DNA of 64,000 nucleotides from Prorocentrum cordatum (taxonomy: Eukaryota): positions 248,001 through 312,000 of the forward strand of contig CAUYUJ010000059.1 of the NCBI GenBank assembly GCA_963575745.1. Reading direction: 5' to 3'. Positions 38,243-51,912 of this stretch are shown here, piece by piece. The notes beneath the pieces were generated by a model. It was not told where the DNA came from. It saw nothing but the letters and a program-made list of their open reading frames with translations, and made no database searches. Position 1 is the stretch's first letter. The number at the start of each line of letters is the position of its first letter. The position numbers were made by a program, and so were the translations under genes.

Positions 38243-41200
38243 CCAGCGGCCAGGAGTGCGATTGATCGCCGCAGGGATTTGTGGGTCGAGTGCCGCGGGC
38301 GCCGCCGTGGCTGCGGGACGGCCTTACGGTCGGGGCCCTGAAGAAGGAACCCTTTTCGTTGGGGAGGGGCTCCGCGTTCCTTCAGTGTTTCACAGCTTGC
38401 CTCAGGCTTTCCCTACGTCTTCGACAGGGAATCGAAGGTGAACTTCTGGAAAAAAGGGGGCCTCGTTCCTTATTTAGGGTTCCTTAGGTCAACGCCCCGA
38501 CTGTAGAGGGCCACCCCAGGGCCAGGCGACGTCTGGGGCGAGGTCTCGTGCTGGAGGCCCTTCGCGGTGTCCTCGCGCGCCTTGCAGTGGCCTCCAGGGG
38601 CCACCGCGGAGGCGTCTCCCAAGTCTCCAGAGAGGGGCCAGTTGTTTGGCATCGCTCGGACGTGTGCGTTTTTCCCTCGGCGAGGACCATCGAGCAGCAT
38701 CCTTGATCATTTGGCGAAAAAACCACGCACGAAATCGAAAAAAACAGAGGGAATGGACGTCCGAGCGATGGCGAGGTTGGAGCATCTGGGGATTCTCGCT
38801 CGCAGTGGGCCCATGCGGATACGCAGCCACTCCCAGGCTGCGCGCACCCGTCGTGTATACTGCATCTCTTGGGGAAAGCTCGAAGCCTCGCCCATCCAAG
38901 AAACGAACCTCGTCCTCCTCGTTGCCCCTCCTGGCGGCGGCATGCTGGTCGCCGTCCTCCGCGTCCAGGTCGAGGACCTGCCACTCGGCTTCGCGATGGG
39001 ACATCTATCCGGATCCCGTGCCAGAGGCCATGCTCGCGCTGAGCGAGGCACAGCAGCGGGGCGCCACGTGAAGCGCCGGAGATGGGGCCAGGATAGCATG
39101 CGGCGCGCCAGGCGCGGGGAGGCAACCCTTGGGCGCGCGCGGGCCGCGCGGGCGGCCAAGGCAAGCGTCCGGGCGCCCCCATCGAGGCCCTGGGGATGCC
39201 AGGGTACGACTTGAGCCAAGGGGGGTATGGGTCGTCGTCGGCACAGGAAGAGGAAGAATGTACCATACAACGCTCGGGGGTACAACATTGAAGCATGCGT
39301 CCGAATTCGGTACAACATTGAAGCATGCGTCCGAATTCCCCCGGCCTCCTACGCAGAACGGCGGACGGCGGACAGGCTCCTCACTCCACCTCCACGTCCT
39401 CCTCATCGTCCTCCTCCTCCTCTTCTGTCTCTTCCTCATCTTCCTCCTCGTTCTCCTTCTCCTTCTCCTTCTACTCCTCCTCTGTACTCACTCCTCATTC
39501 CTCACTTATCATTCCTCTTCCTCACCCTCCTCATCATCTTCCCCCCCCTCCGCCCTTCCCCGTTCCTTCCTCCTCCTCCCCCTCCTCCTGCTCTTCCTCT
39601 TCCTCGCAGTCCCTCCTCTCTCCTCCTGCCCCCCTCCAAGGAGGAGGAAGAGGAGGAGGAGGAGGAGTGAGACGTGGAATGGTGCGGAAAGATGAGAGAT
39701 CGGACGGTGAAGCAGAGGAACGGTTTAATGAATAAGTATTAAAACATGTGTTTTCCGTCGTTGTGTTGTTCATTGTGTTTTCTGGTTTTCCCGTCCTGGG
39801 TGTTCGGTATGTTGTTGTTTGGTTGTCCCTTGCTTTTTTCGATTTCCACCGCCCACAGAAAAAAAGGCATCGATGGGCTATATCTTGCAAACTCGAATCG
39901 AACTGAAACTTCCCCGCGTAATGGATGCATGTGTAGAGCCTTCACAGAAGGAACGCAGGGAGGAGGAGGAGGAGGAGGAGGAGGAGGAGGAGGAGGAGGG
40001 GACTTTCAAGGGATGAGGAGGATGAGGAACAGAGGGGAGGATGGGGAGGATGGGGGAGGGCTCCTCAATCTCCTCCACCTCCTGGTCCTTGGATTCTTCT
40101 GGCGCTCCTCTTGAATGACGAAACGATGGAAGAGGCGAAGCAGGAGACGAGGGAAGGGGAGGAGGAGGAGGAGGAGGAGACGAGAAGAAGAAGGATAAGG
40201 AGCAGTAGGACGATCAGAAAAAGTTATTACTATTTGTTTGTCTCTCTCTCTCTCTTCCTCTCTTTCTCTCTCATACTCTCTCTCTCTTTCTCTTTCTTTT
40301 TTCTCTATCCCTCTCTCTATATGTATATATGTATATGTTTCTCTCTCTCTCTCTCCCCCTCTCCATCTATCTTTTTCTCTCTCTCTCTCTCTCTCGCTCT
40401 CCAGTCTCGGTTCGAGGGCACTTGCGCTCAGGGCGGGCCACACCACGAAAGCTCCCGCGCCGGTCAGCCCAGTGCGCAACCGTACCAGTCGTACGAGACC
40501 GACCCGTGCCAGCTCGTTTTTTCAGCCACGCGCGCGCCATGGCCCCGAAAAAGGTCCCGGCCGTGAGCGCTCCCAAGCCACCAGGCAGGGGCCGCCAGCA
40601 GGCCACTTTAGTGGATAGCAGCCTGTCCCGAAAGGAAGCCTCGTCGCCGCAGTCCAGGGCAGCGGTGGCGTCGACCGAGCAGCCGCTGCGTACAACGAAT
40701 TCGTCCACAAACACCACACCGAGCCCGGCACCGTCTGCCAACCAGCAACATCGCGCCGACCAGCGTTTGCTCAAGGGCGAACTGGTGAAAATGTCCGGAC
40801 AAGCACGATGAGCTACGCCATGCTGCCATAACTCCTTGACGCACAACATGGGTTCCAGCCGTGACTCACCAGGGTCCACGGCCCCAGCCCCAGCCGACGC
40901 CCACCCGGGCAGCGGCACCGCATCAGCGTCTCATTTCACACGCTAGGAAGAGGGCAGCCGCCTCTTGCAGCAAACGCGCCGCCAGGGCACCCCTCGCAGT
41001 GGCCGTCCTGGGACCAACCAGTATTGGCTTCACCAGGAAGCAGCTTCGAATCGCTGTCCCTCGTCGGGCGGCTAATGCCACCGAGCCCACGCCAGGACAC
41101 ATACAGGGAGCCATACACCAACTAGGCCGCACAGGGGCCAACCGTCTGCAAGACGACGTCCAGGTCACACTCGACCCAGCAGACAGCGCAACATGAATCC

Positions 41201-42889
41201 GCGGAGCCGTATGTGAAACCGAGTGGCAGCTGCTGGCTTTCGGCTGCATGTGGCGGCCGCCTCTGGCCGACAGCTGGGCAGCCGAGGTGGAAGCCCTTCG
41301 CACAGTTCTGTTGCTATTCACCGTCTTGCACGACCCTCATCTGTCTCTCAGCACAGCGCACGTGCGTAGCATGTTTCACTGTTGTGTTTACCAAGGCAAC
41401 GTGTGCACAAAGTACCTGCAGTAGGTTCCAGGGCAGGTTGACACAGAGATGGCAAGGCAGCTCTTGGGGCATAGCCGAGTGGACATGAATACATAAAATC
41501 GCAGTCACGCGAGCGCTCGAAGAGCTGTTCACCGCCCAGTGTTCGGGAACTGCCCCCGCAAATGCCGCGCGCATACCGGGCGGGACGGGCACGGCTCAAC
41601 CACGGGCTGAGGAGCGCCGCACGTCTGCCAAAGCGCTGCCAGGCGTGCCAGCAGCCGGACGAAGACCCTACGGATGCCCTCACAACCATTCTCGTGTTCG
41701 CTTCCGCCACCCTCCTCCTCCTCCTCCTCCTCCTCCTCCTCCTCCTCCTCCTCGTGCAAATTCAGGAGCCCCTGAAGCGGCTGGGTCGACGCGCCACGGT
41801 CGCGGCAAACGCAGGCGCGCAGCCATATTTGGCATCGAGCCAGCGGACGTCCCGAGCGTCCTCGGGCAAGGTGGCACTCAGTTCGACATCAGCTACCGCG
41901 GCATCAACGGCCCAGGGCCCTGCGAGCACACCGCGGCGCGGCACCGAGGCGGCCAAGCGGTTATTTTACAGGAGGCGCACCAGACTTCACAAAAGTTCAA
42001 CGCCTTCTGAGCCATCCGCGCCGACGAAAGAGGTGGTCATCCGTGTCAAACCTGACACGGGCGAAGCCAAGCATTTCGATCTTGAGCTCCGTGGAAACGG
42101 CGCTGCACTGGTCAACGCAGAGTGCCGCGTCACGGGCATCGAAGCACAGAGCGCAATGAGAACGCAACTTGTTGGAGTTTTCACACCCATCAAAGGGCAC
42201 TGCCGAATCCAACGCGCAGGTTGGGACATGGCCACCAGGAGCGACTCTGCCATCGTGAAAGCGACCGAATCCCCGCCCAATGCTACGGTCAACGCCCAAG
42301 GATGTACCATCCCTTGGGCCACAATAGAAAGGTCGAGATTGCAACCAACTATGACGCGCCGACGGAGCCAACCGAAACGTCGTCTCACCGGAGGCAATCG
42401 CTTCAGAGGCGCCCGCGCTTGGGTCGACACCAGGCGCGCCAGGCACCAGCGCCTCGCCTTCTCGCCGGGACAGGGCGGTCACCGGGCCGCGCCGCCAAGC
42501 GCCTCCGACGCCGCCAGCGGATCGGCGAAAAAGGCCACCAGCCACCAGCGCGCAGCCACCCAAGGAGACGCCGCGCGGCGCCAGCGCCAGGAGGACAGAC
42601 CAGCGCTCGCGCAGCGCAGCGGGGCAGGCCACCGAGCCGACGGCAGGAGATGCCGAGCTCAGCCCCGACACGGCACCCCCTAGCCGAATTTCGGAAGCAC
42701 CAGCACCCCGCCCCTGCCCCCCATGAAAAAGCATAGCTTTCTGTTCGTCAACTCCGTCTGCCGAAAGTGGTCGTCCCCTTCACTGTCTGTGCTGGACCGC
42801 GAATTCCTATCAGTTCGGTTGATCGGATCTCACACCGTATTGAAACTCTGGACAACATGCCGCCGATGGCACAGCACTCCGACGACCAC

Positions 42890-43400
42890 GGGCGGGATGA
42901 GATGTTTGAGCGTAGTGGTGGATTGCAGATTGTTGGCTGACCTTTTGAATGGCACGGCCGTCACTGCGACAGACGAGCACAGGCCAGCGTTGGTTCGAAT
43001 GGCCCGTAGGTTGGAGCAGTTGTTGGCGGGTGGTTGGACTAGCAGGGTGCCATGGCCCGACTTCATAGAGTGGAGACCCCGTGCTTTCAACGTCCAGGTG
43101 GACCATGTGGCCCACTTCGCCATGAATTCTGGAAACATGTGGAGGCATGTTTGTTCCACCAAAGCCAGAGGTCATTTGGGAAGAGGTGACAGTTTTCGCA
43201 TCTACAGTGATGGTGGCTACCGTTCAACAGAGGGCCAGGCATCGTCTGCGTGGGTGCTATACGCCATTCGACGTCAAGGGTGCTCCTTGGTGTACAGCAT
43301 GGTAGGCCATGCAGGCATCAGCATAAAAGGGCGAATACACCTTGCATTGCTGATTGCATCGTTTTGGAGTCTGCTCTGGACGCGTTTGTTGACGTATTTT
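42890..43400 (+). mobile_element. RNase H-like relic, probably the 3' part of a retroelement
   Basis: VVVDCRLLADLLNG and IEWRPRAFNVQVDHVAHFAM resemble RNase HI central and C-terminal motifs; FRIYSDGGYRS...ASSAWVL resembles the N-terminal DG motif of a second RNase H domain. Confidence 0.6.
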
Positions 43401-43590
43401 TTATTCGTACCATCTCTCGGGGCAAAGATCGTTGATCTTACGACACACCATGGCGTCAAATCTCGCGGAAGGAAAGAAGAGAGGAGGGCACGGGAGAGGA
43501 GGCCGAGGAGGCAGGAAGAGGAGGGGGAGGGGGAGGTGGAGGAGGAGGTTGAAAAGGAAAAGGGGGAGAAGGAGGGCGGGAAGAAGTGGA

Positions 43591-43597
43591 GGTAGTA

Positions 43598-43628
<31 letters not shown>

Positions 43629-43755
43629 CAGTAGTAGTCGAAGTCGAAGTCGAAGTCGTAGTAGTACTCGTAGTCGTAGTAGCAGTAGTAGTAGTAGTAG
43701 TCGTCGTAGTAGTAGTCGTAGTAGTAGTCGCCGTCGTAGTAGTAGTAGTAGTTGC

Positions 43756-43791
<36 letters not shown>

Positions 43792-43806
43792 CGTAGTCGT
43801 AGTCGT

Positions 43807-43838
<32 letters not shown>

Positions 43839-43851
43839 TAGTAGTAGTAGC

Positions 43852-43893
<42 letters not shown>

Positions 43894-43912
43894 CGTAGTA
43901 GTGGTAGTAGTG

Positions 43913-43946
<34 letters not shown>

Positions 43947-44285
43947 CAGTAGTAGTAGTAGTAGTGGTAGTGGTAGTAGCAGTAGTGGTGGTGGTGGTGG
44001 TGGTGGTGGTGGTGGTGGTGGTAGTGGTAGTGGTAGTTGTTGTGGTAGTGGTAGCGGCAGTGGTAGTGGTGGTAGTCGTCGTGGTAGTAGTAGTAGTAGT
44101 AGTAGTAGTAGGTAGTAATAGTAGTAGTAGTAGTAGTAGGAGGAGGAGGAGGAGGAGGAGGAGCAGGAGGGGTAGTAGTAGTAGGAGTCGGAGTCGTAGT
44201 CGTAGTCGTAGTAGTAGTCGTAGTAGTCGTCGTAGTAGCCGTAGTAGCCGTGATATTAGTCGTAGTAGTAGTCGTAGTAGTAGCC

Positions 44286-44321
<36 letters not shown>

Positions 44322-44389
44322 TAGTAGTAGTAGTAGTAGTCGTCGTAGTAGTAGTAGCAGTAGTAGTAGTAGTAGTAGTAGGTGCAGTC

Positions 44390-44427
<38 letters not shown>

Positions 44428-44452
44428 CGTAGTCGTAGTCGAAGTCGTAGTC

Positions 44453-44484
<32 letters not shown>

Positions 44485-44497
44485 CGTAGTCGTAGTC

Positions 44498-44564
<67 letters not shown>

Positions 44565-44838
44565 TGGTAGTGGTAGTGGTAGTGGCAGTGGTAGTGGTAG
44601 TGGTAGTGGTAGTGGCAGTGGTAGTGGTAGCGGCAGTGGTTGTGGTAGTGGTGATAGTCGTAGTGGTAGTAGTAGTAGTAGGTAGTAATAGCCGTAGTAG
44701 CAGATGAAGTAGTAGTAGTAGTCGTAGTAGTAGTAGTAGTTGCAGTAGTAGTAGTAGTAGTAATAGTAGTAGTAGTAGTAGTCTTAGTCTTAGTAGTAGT
44801 AGTAGCAGTAGCAGTAGTAGTAGTCGTAGTAGTAGTAC

Positions 44839-44872
<34 letters not shown>

Positions 44873-44908
44873 AGTAGTATTAGTAGTAGTAGTAGTAGTA
44901 GTAGTAGA

Positions 44909-44956
<48 letters not shown>

Positions 44957-45095
44957 TTGGTGGTGGTGGGTGGTGGTGTGGTGGTGGTGGTGGTGGTGAT
45001 GGTGGTGGTGGTAGTAGTAGTCGTAGTCGTCGTAGTAGTTGCCGTAGCCGTAGTAGTAGTAGTAGTAGTAGTAGTACTAGTACTAGTACTAGTAC

Positions 45096-45131
<36 letters not shown>
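43591..45131. repeat. ~1.5 kb (AGT)n microsatellite with GTC/GGT variants
   Basis: Directly visible. Confidence 0.97.
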
Positions 45132-45134
<3 letters not shown>

Positions 45135-47261
45135 GAGGAGGAGGAGAAGGAGGAGGAGGAGGACTAGAACTAGGACTAGGACTAGGACTAGGACAAGGAC
45201 AAGGACTAGGACAAGGACTAGGACTAGGACTAGGGCTAGGACTAGGAGTAGGACTGGGACTAGGAGAAGGAGCAGGAGTAGGAGGAGGAGAAGGAGAAGG
45301 AGGAGGAGGAAGAGGGCGGCGTCATCGATCCTTCCGCAGGACTCGAAGGAATTGTGGCAGCAGTGCTGGGTGGAGGCGTCCTGCGGGAAGTTTGACCTGG
45401 AGCTGTGGGCCGGAAGCTTGTGTTGTTGTCCTTCATGTTGTTCTCATCCCGTTTCTTCCTCGCGTCTCTATAACCAGTGTCATCCGAATCATCACTATCA
45501 TCAACAGCGTTGTCGACCGCCGGTATCAACGTCGTACTCGTCATCCACGTCGTAGTCATCCCTCCTTAGATCCATTCAGCAGATTCCTCATGATCCTCGG
45601 CCTCGCCATGGTCTTCGGTCACCCCCATCATGTGAGCATGCACTGGGTTGTTCCTCTACGCCTGATCACCCACGTAGGGATGTTCGCATATCGATATTGT
45701 AATAATATGCATCATCTTTTTGCTACTCCTCATAGTTAGCCTCACCGTCATTCCCCCACGCCGCCAAATCACCGTCACCAACAGCAACGTCGGCATCGGC
45801 ATCATCAACATCATCACCAGCATCAGAACCATCGCCGTCATCACGCTCATCGCCACCACAATATTTACAGTCGCCCTCCTCTATGGCATCATCAATGTGT
45901 CTCCTTCTCATCATCCCCTCGTACTGCTCCTCCTCTCCACTGCTCCTGGTCATCCTGTTTCTTTTTCCTCAGCTTGATATGAAGAAGAATACGGATATAT
46001 AACAGGAATCAGAGGGGAAAATGATAATGAGAAGGAGGAGGAGGAATGGGGGAGCACGAGAAGAGGGAGGAGTCCGTGTCTCTGTGTCGATGGCTCTGGT
46101 CTCGACAAGGGAAACCCGCTTTCCTCTAGGACAGGCTGGGTTGTAGCTGGCACGCAAGAAATGGGAGGCTCTGACGGAAGTGTGGCTGGGGCCGTTCCCG
46201 CACCCCCTCCAGCGAGTTGTGGGGGGCGAGATGTACGTTCTGCCCATGGCCCTTCGGTTGGCGGCCCCTGGTTGCCTTATCATCTACTCTGACTGGCAAG
46301 CTGTTTTGGATGTGTAGAACGCTGGCCCTGGCGCTGACCTCTCCCAGACAGCCTTCTTGGAGATCTGAGATGATGTTGTTGTTGTTGTTGTTGTTGGTGT
46401 TGTTGTTGTTGTTGCTGTTGCTGTTGCTGTTGTTGTTGTTGCGTCGGATTCGGGCTCGGTGCCAGTGAGCTCCTAAATGCCAGAGCCCATCTATACTGGC
46501 AAGCATGCTTTAGGTCGTCCAAAGTGCCGCTCTGGGGTTGGTTTTGGCCACGCGCTGACCGACACGTTAGCGGAGCGAGGTGCCAAGGCTCACGCTTCGA
46601 ACCCAGGCTTGGAGCGAAGGCGCGTGGATAGACGTGACTCGGTGCACTGAGTTTGTAAGTTTAATCGGCGCCTTCGGCACGTAAGTCCAGCGGGGGTAGG
46701 AACCCCGCAGAGTCATCTTTGACCCACTGCTACTTGTGCCTGGCCCCCGGGGCCATGTGCTGCAACGGGTCGGCAATCCAGGTGAAGCTGCCTTTGGCAC
46801 CCGCTGCGAAACCCCTGGGTTGTCCCAGCGGGCCGCATGTGCTGCAGTCAAAACCCTGATAAGGACGCGCGACTTTGCTCAGGGTACCCTGGCGTCCTTG
46901 CTCTTCCTTGCTCTTGCGTCCTTGAGGTTTTCGTCGCCCGCCGCCCCAGAAATCCCAACTTCGGCTTCCAAGGGTCTTGCGTCCTCACCGCGCGTCCTTA
47001 TTAGGGTTTTTGACTGTATGCCGTGCACGGGCTTGCCGTGCACCGGCCCGCCCGGCCGGCAAGAGCCACAGGCTGTGCCCCCCGCGGGCTCGTCGCTGCA
47101 GTGTGGTGCTCCGCCGGCGCAGCCCTCGGAAGTGCGCGTCGCAGCTTGTTTGCCGGGACCCGTCTCGGGCCCCCCCCCCCTCCGAGACGGGGGCGGAGGG
47201 AAGACCCCGAGGCTGTTCAGAGAGGGGAAGGATCTGTCCACATCGAGTACTGGGCAGGAGT

Positions 47262-47460
47262 TAGGGGAACAAAACATGACATAAACATACAAACTCGGAG
47301 GTCCGCGCGAATTTCTCGGATCGGCGCTGGGCCCCCCCGGCGGCGCCTCCGGCGCCGCCCCTGGCGCGCTCCGCGCGCCAGGGAGGGGTGTCGAGCGCCG
47401 TTCCGAGAAATCCGCGCGGACTTCCGAGTTTTTATGTTTATTTCACTTTTTGTTCCCCTA
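47262..47460. mobile_element. MITE family B, TA-flanked copy
   Basis: TA-GGGGAACAAAA...TTTTGTTCCCC-TA with ~65 bp TIRs. Confidence 0.85.
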
Positions 47461-49334
47461 GGATTGTCCACTTCACCAATACTTACTCAGAGTGTGGCTT
47501 TCCTTTTGAGCCCTGTGCGTCGCGCTTCATCTGGAGGCATGCGTTCCGCAGCTTGAAGAAGCTTGAAAGAGCAGAGGGATGCGGAGGACAAAGAGAAGGA
47601 GGAGGAGGAGGAGGTGAAGGAGGAGGAGGAGGAGGAGGAGGATGGAGGGTGGAGGATGGAGGAGCATAGGGGAGGATGGCGGAGCATGGAGGAGGAGCAG
47701 GGGGAAGGGGAACTCGAATGGAGTAGGAGGAGAGTGGAATCGGAGTAGGAAGTTTGACGAGGGGGCTCTGACTTGTCTGGTATTGACTTGCCCCAGGAAC
47801 AGCTCAAGGCGATCGCCACAGTGCTCGCGAAGGTGCCATACTCCGCCGTGATACCACAACCGATGTTGCAGCCGCTGGTGAAGGCGATTTGTTTGTATCG
47901 AAGACGCCTATGACAAGTCACCGCCGCCCTCTGCCCTTGTGGAAGTGCCGGCGTGGCCACATGTTGGGCCAAAATTTGGCCGAGCTATCGGACCGCATAT
48001 TCCCCTGGCCGCTGTGAAAACTCTCGGGGGAACACACATGCAGAAGGAAGGGGGATGAAGAGGAGGGGAAGGAGGAGAAGGAGGAAGAAGAGGGGGGCGA
48101 TGAGGAGGAGCAGAAGAAAGAGAAGGAGGAGGAGGAGGAGGTTCACTGCCCATAGAGGGTAAGACGGGTCCGAATAGGCGGGGTCGGAGGATCGCGCCGC
48201 ATCGCCGAGGCATCGGCGATGAGGCTCGATGAAGCCTGACTCTCTCCACGCCAACGTCGCCGATGCATCGCAAACGTCGCCGATGCATCGGCGGTGCATC
48301 GGCAATGTGTCGGCGATGCGGCGCGATCCTCTGACCCCGTCTGCGCGGACCCCATCTGGGAGGCCTAGAGGTCGATTGGAAAGAGAGAGAGAGAGAGAGA
48401 CAACAGGTTGGGGTCGCCCATCAAAGCGAGAGTTTGGCAGGCCTCCCCCCATCACAGGCTTCATCCCTCTGGGGCGGGCCCCCGACAAAGCTCGGGCCGA
48501 ACGAAAGGGGGGATAGGGAAAGGGGGGGGGGCACGAAATCTGCTGCCATGCAGCTGGTTTCGGCCCCACCGAGGGGCCCACTCATCGATGCCTAGGCACC
48601 TCCCCGCGCCGGGAGGCGCCAGGAAAACCAGCTGCGCGAGCTGATTCTCAAGCCCCCCTTTGCCATCCCCCCCCTCTCGCCCAGCCCGACCATCGCAGGC
48701 TTCATCCCTCTGGGGCGGGCCCCCGACGAGGCCCAGGAGGAAAAAAAAAACTGTTTTGGTTCGCGGGTCGAGAGCGCACCTCTTCTGGTCGAAGGAGGAA
48801 AAAAAGCACAGACATAATGAATCGTCGGTCCCCAAGAAAAGATGGGAAAATATGGGAATTGGGCGGGAAGACCGAAACCCAGAAAAATGTGTGAAGATTG
48901 GGAATCTTTTTATTCGTTTGTGTGAATTTATTTGTGCGTCCCAGGGCCCCTTCAGAAGCGGGCCCACTCCCCCACGAGCGCTGGCCGAGCTCCCAGCCCT
49001 CGGGGCTCCACGGCGGCGCCGGCTCCGTGGCCCGGGATGGCTCCAGGCTCCGAGGGCGTCGGCGTCGCCGCGGGGGCCCCAGGCCCGAGTGCCTCGAGGC
49101 AGGCCCGGGGCTCCAGCCGCGTGCCGCGATCGGGCCGAACGAAAGGGGGGATAGGGAAAGGGGGGGGTACGAAATCTGCTGCAGGCAGCTGGTTTCGGCC
49201 TCGCCGAGGGGCCCCTTCCTCGATGCATGGCTGCCTCTGGCGCCGGGAGGCGCCGAGGGGCGTCGCCGCGGGGGCCCCAGGCCCGAGTGCCTCGAGGCAG
49301 GCCCGGGGCTCCAGCCTCGGGGCGGCAGCGTTCC

Positions 49335-49585
49335 AGGCCTCCCAGATGGGGTCGGAGCGGATGGGGTCGGAGGATCGCGCCGAATCGCCGATGCATCGCC
49401 GATGCGGCTCGATGTGGAGCCCGTGTTTCCCCACGCTGGCGTCGCCGATGCATCGCTGACGTCGCCGATGCATCGCTGGTGCATCGCCGATACGTCGGCG
49501 ATGCATTGGCGATGCATCGCCGATGTATCGCCGATGCGGCGCGACCCTCCGACCCCATCTACTCGGACCCCATCTAGGCGGCCTC
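49335..49585. mobile_element. MITE family F with internal ATCGCCGATGC palindromic repeats (second copy ~48165-48366)
   Basis: AGATGGGGTCGGAG..GATGGGGTCGGAGGATCGCGCCG / CGGCGCGACCCTCCGACCCCATC..CTCGGACCCCATCT. Confidence 0.7.
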
Positions 49586-50584
49586 TAAGCGTGCCGCGAG
49601 CACGCAGGGGGGGGTCCCCGGGGAGGTTCTCGAGCCCTCCTCGGGGGCCACGCCAAGATGATCGCGTCAGCGGTCACGGGTGGCTTGCGGGATGACCCGG
49701 GGCTCGTCCAGAGCCACCGCCACTTCAGTGGGATGCACTACCCTCGGAGACGTCTGCGAACCGCGAGCGTGGAGCCTCCCGCGAGCCGTCGGGGTCCCAG
49801 GCAAGGATTGCAAATGTCTCTCTGTTTAGGGTGGACTGCGAACTTGTAGCATTGAGAAGTCAAGCCATGCATCCATGAAGAACGTGTGGGCAGAAAGCTG
49901 TTGGTAATGCGGCAGGCGCGCCTGGCAAGGGGAGAACAGTGGGGGAGAAGAGGGTGGACGCAGAGAACCTCAGGTACCCAGATGTTCAAGATTGTGTACG
50001 AATTATGCCCATGCTTTCTGGGTCACCCTCTGCGCCAGCGGGGGGTCCAATTCTCGGGCGAGCCACTTGCGTCTCGCATCGCCCGCTTGACCATGGAGTT
50101 GCCAGCTTGAGAAGCACTGTTGTAGAAAGATTCCTTTGTTGTCAACACTGTATATTGCCGGCGACGGCTTGGATCTGGCGCATTCAAGTACAGCAGAGCT
50201 TGATAGTTTAACTAAGTCGGAATGAGAAGACCCAGCGTCCTTGCCAAGCACCTGCAGTGGAATACCTGAAGCAGTGTTCAGCCTGCCCTGAGCAGCCACA
50301 GGGAATCCACCCCACCCGTCGGCTCATCCCCAAACACGAGACCAACCAGAGCCCCGAGACATGGGGATCTTGTTCCCAGGCATTCGAAGTGTCAGCGAGC
50401 CCCTGGGCGCGATATCGGGGCAGCTTCTTCAGCAGGCAAGGGCGCCAGCCATCCCCAACACGGGCCGCGCCCGTGGCAGGAGGAGGAGGAGGAGGAGGAG
50501 GACTAGAGGAGGGAGGGAGGGAGGCATGGAGGGAGGGAGGGAGGAGGAAGAGGAGGACGACGAGGAGCAGAAGGGAAGGGAAGG

Positions 50585-51790
50585 CCCCTTGGGGCCTCCT
50601 GGGAGCCTCTTTGGGGGGTCTCTAAAATTGGCCTCGTGGAGCCTTCTGGGGGCTTCTCGGGGGCTTGCGGGGGGCCTCTTGGGGCCTCTCGGTCTTCGCA
50701 GGCCGTCCTGGGGGTTTTCTCGGGGCCGTCGTGGGGCCTTCTGAGGGCGCTCGGTTTCGAGGACGACTTGAATTGGGCCCCCCTTGGGATCGTATGGGGG
50801 GGCCCTTGAGTCGTCCTGGGGCCCCATTGGCCCGTCTTGGAGCCATCCCGGGGGCCCCCAGGGCCGCCCTGGAGCTATTCTAGGATTTTTAGGCCGTCGT
50901 TGGTTGTCGGAAGCCCGAAAAGGCGAGAATGCGAAAACGATCGTAAAACAGCACATGGGAAATCAATGATGTTGGCCTCCTGGAGGTCCTCTTGGGGCCT
51001 CTTGGGGCGTCTTGGGGGCCTCTTGGGCCGTCTGGCGGGCATGTTGGGCCGTCTTGGTGTCATCTCTGGCTATCTTGGTTGCATCTTGGGCCGTCGTGGG
51101 GCCGCCTTGGACACCCTGGAGGCGTCGCAGGACAATGTTGGAGGCGATCTGGGGCCAACGAGTCTGTCCTGAAAGCCATCTTGGGCGTCGGGGCGTCGGC
51201 GGGTTGAGCTGGCGGCCATTGGGAACCTGAAAGGGGTCAAGCATCCGGCCCGCCCACGACCCCTCTTGCAAGCCACGGCGCGGCGGATTCATTGGTTTTC
51301 GGATCAACCCGCCACTGGGTCAGAGGTTTCCACTGCTGGGTGCCTTCGAGGGTCTGTAGGGGTGCTTCTCGGGGGCCTCCTAGAGGGCTCTTGCGGATCT
51401 CTTGGGGCCTCCTTGGGGGGGGGGGCCTCTTGGGGGCTTCTGGTGGCCTCTTGGGGGCTCCTCGGGGGCATCTGAGGTGATCGCGTGGCCATCTTGGGGG
51501 GAGGGTTCGAAATTTCAGTTCGTGTTTCTCCTCGTGGGCCCCTGTTGGGGCCGTCTTGGGGGCTTCTGAGCTTCGCGGGGCAAATTAGGGCAATCTTCTG
51601 GCGGTCCTGGGCCCACCTGGGCAGCCTTGGGGCCCTCTTGGGGCGGTCTCCAGAGCGTCGCGAGCCCGAAAGTGCCAGAACGCGAGACTCCTCCAGACGC
51701 CAAGGACAAATCAATGATTTGGGCATCTTGGGGCCCTCTTGGGGGTGCTCTCAGGGCCTCTTTGAGAGGCGTCTCGGGGGCCTTTGGGGC
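50585..51790 (+). repeat. Degenerate ~10-11 bp (GGGGCCTCTT / GGGCCGTCTT) satellite-like repeat
   Basis: Dozens of GGGGCCTCTTG / GGCCGTCTTG units. Confidence 0.75.
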
Positions 51791-51912
51791 GGCTTTCAGG
51801 CGAGCGCCCAGGAGGACCGGGAGGACTCCAAGCCGCGGGCCCCTGCAGAGTGTTCGATGTTCTTCACGGGGGACTCGGAGGGACTTGAGGACACCTCACT
51901 CAGTGCATCGCG

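Noticed and set aside
39279..39338. Exact 30 bp tandem duplication
   Set aside because: Two copies only; an ordinary slippage duplication or assembly artefact.
49860..50400. Possible minus-strand LINE C-terminal fragment (FGDEPTGGVDSL)
   Set aside because: A single weak motif, not enough to call without a profile search.
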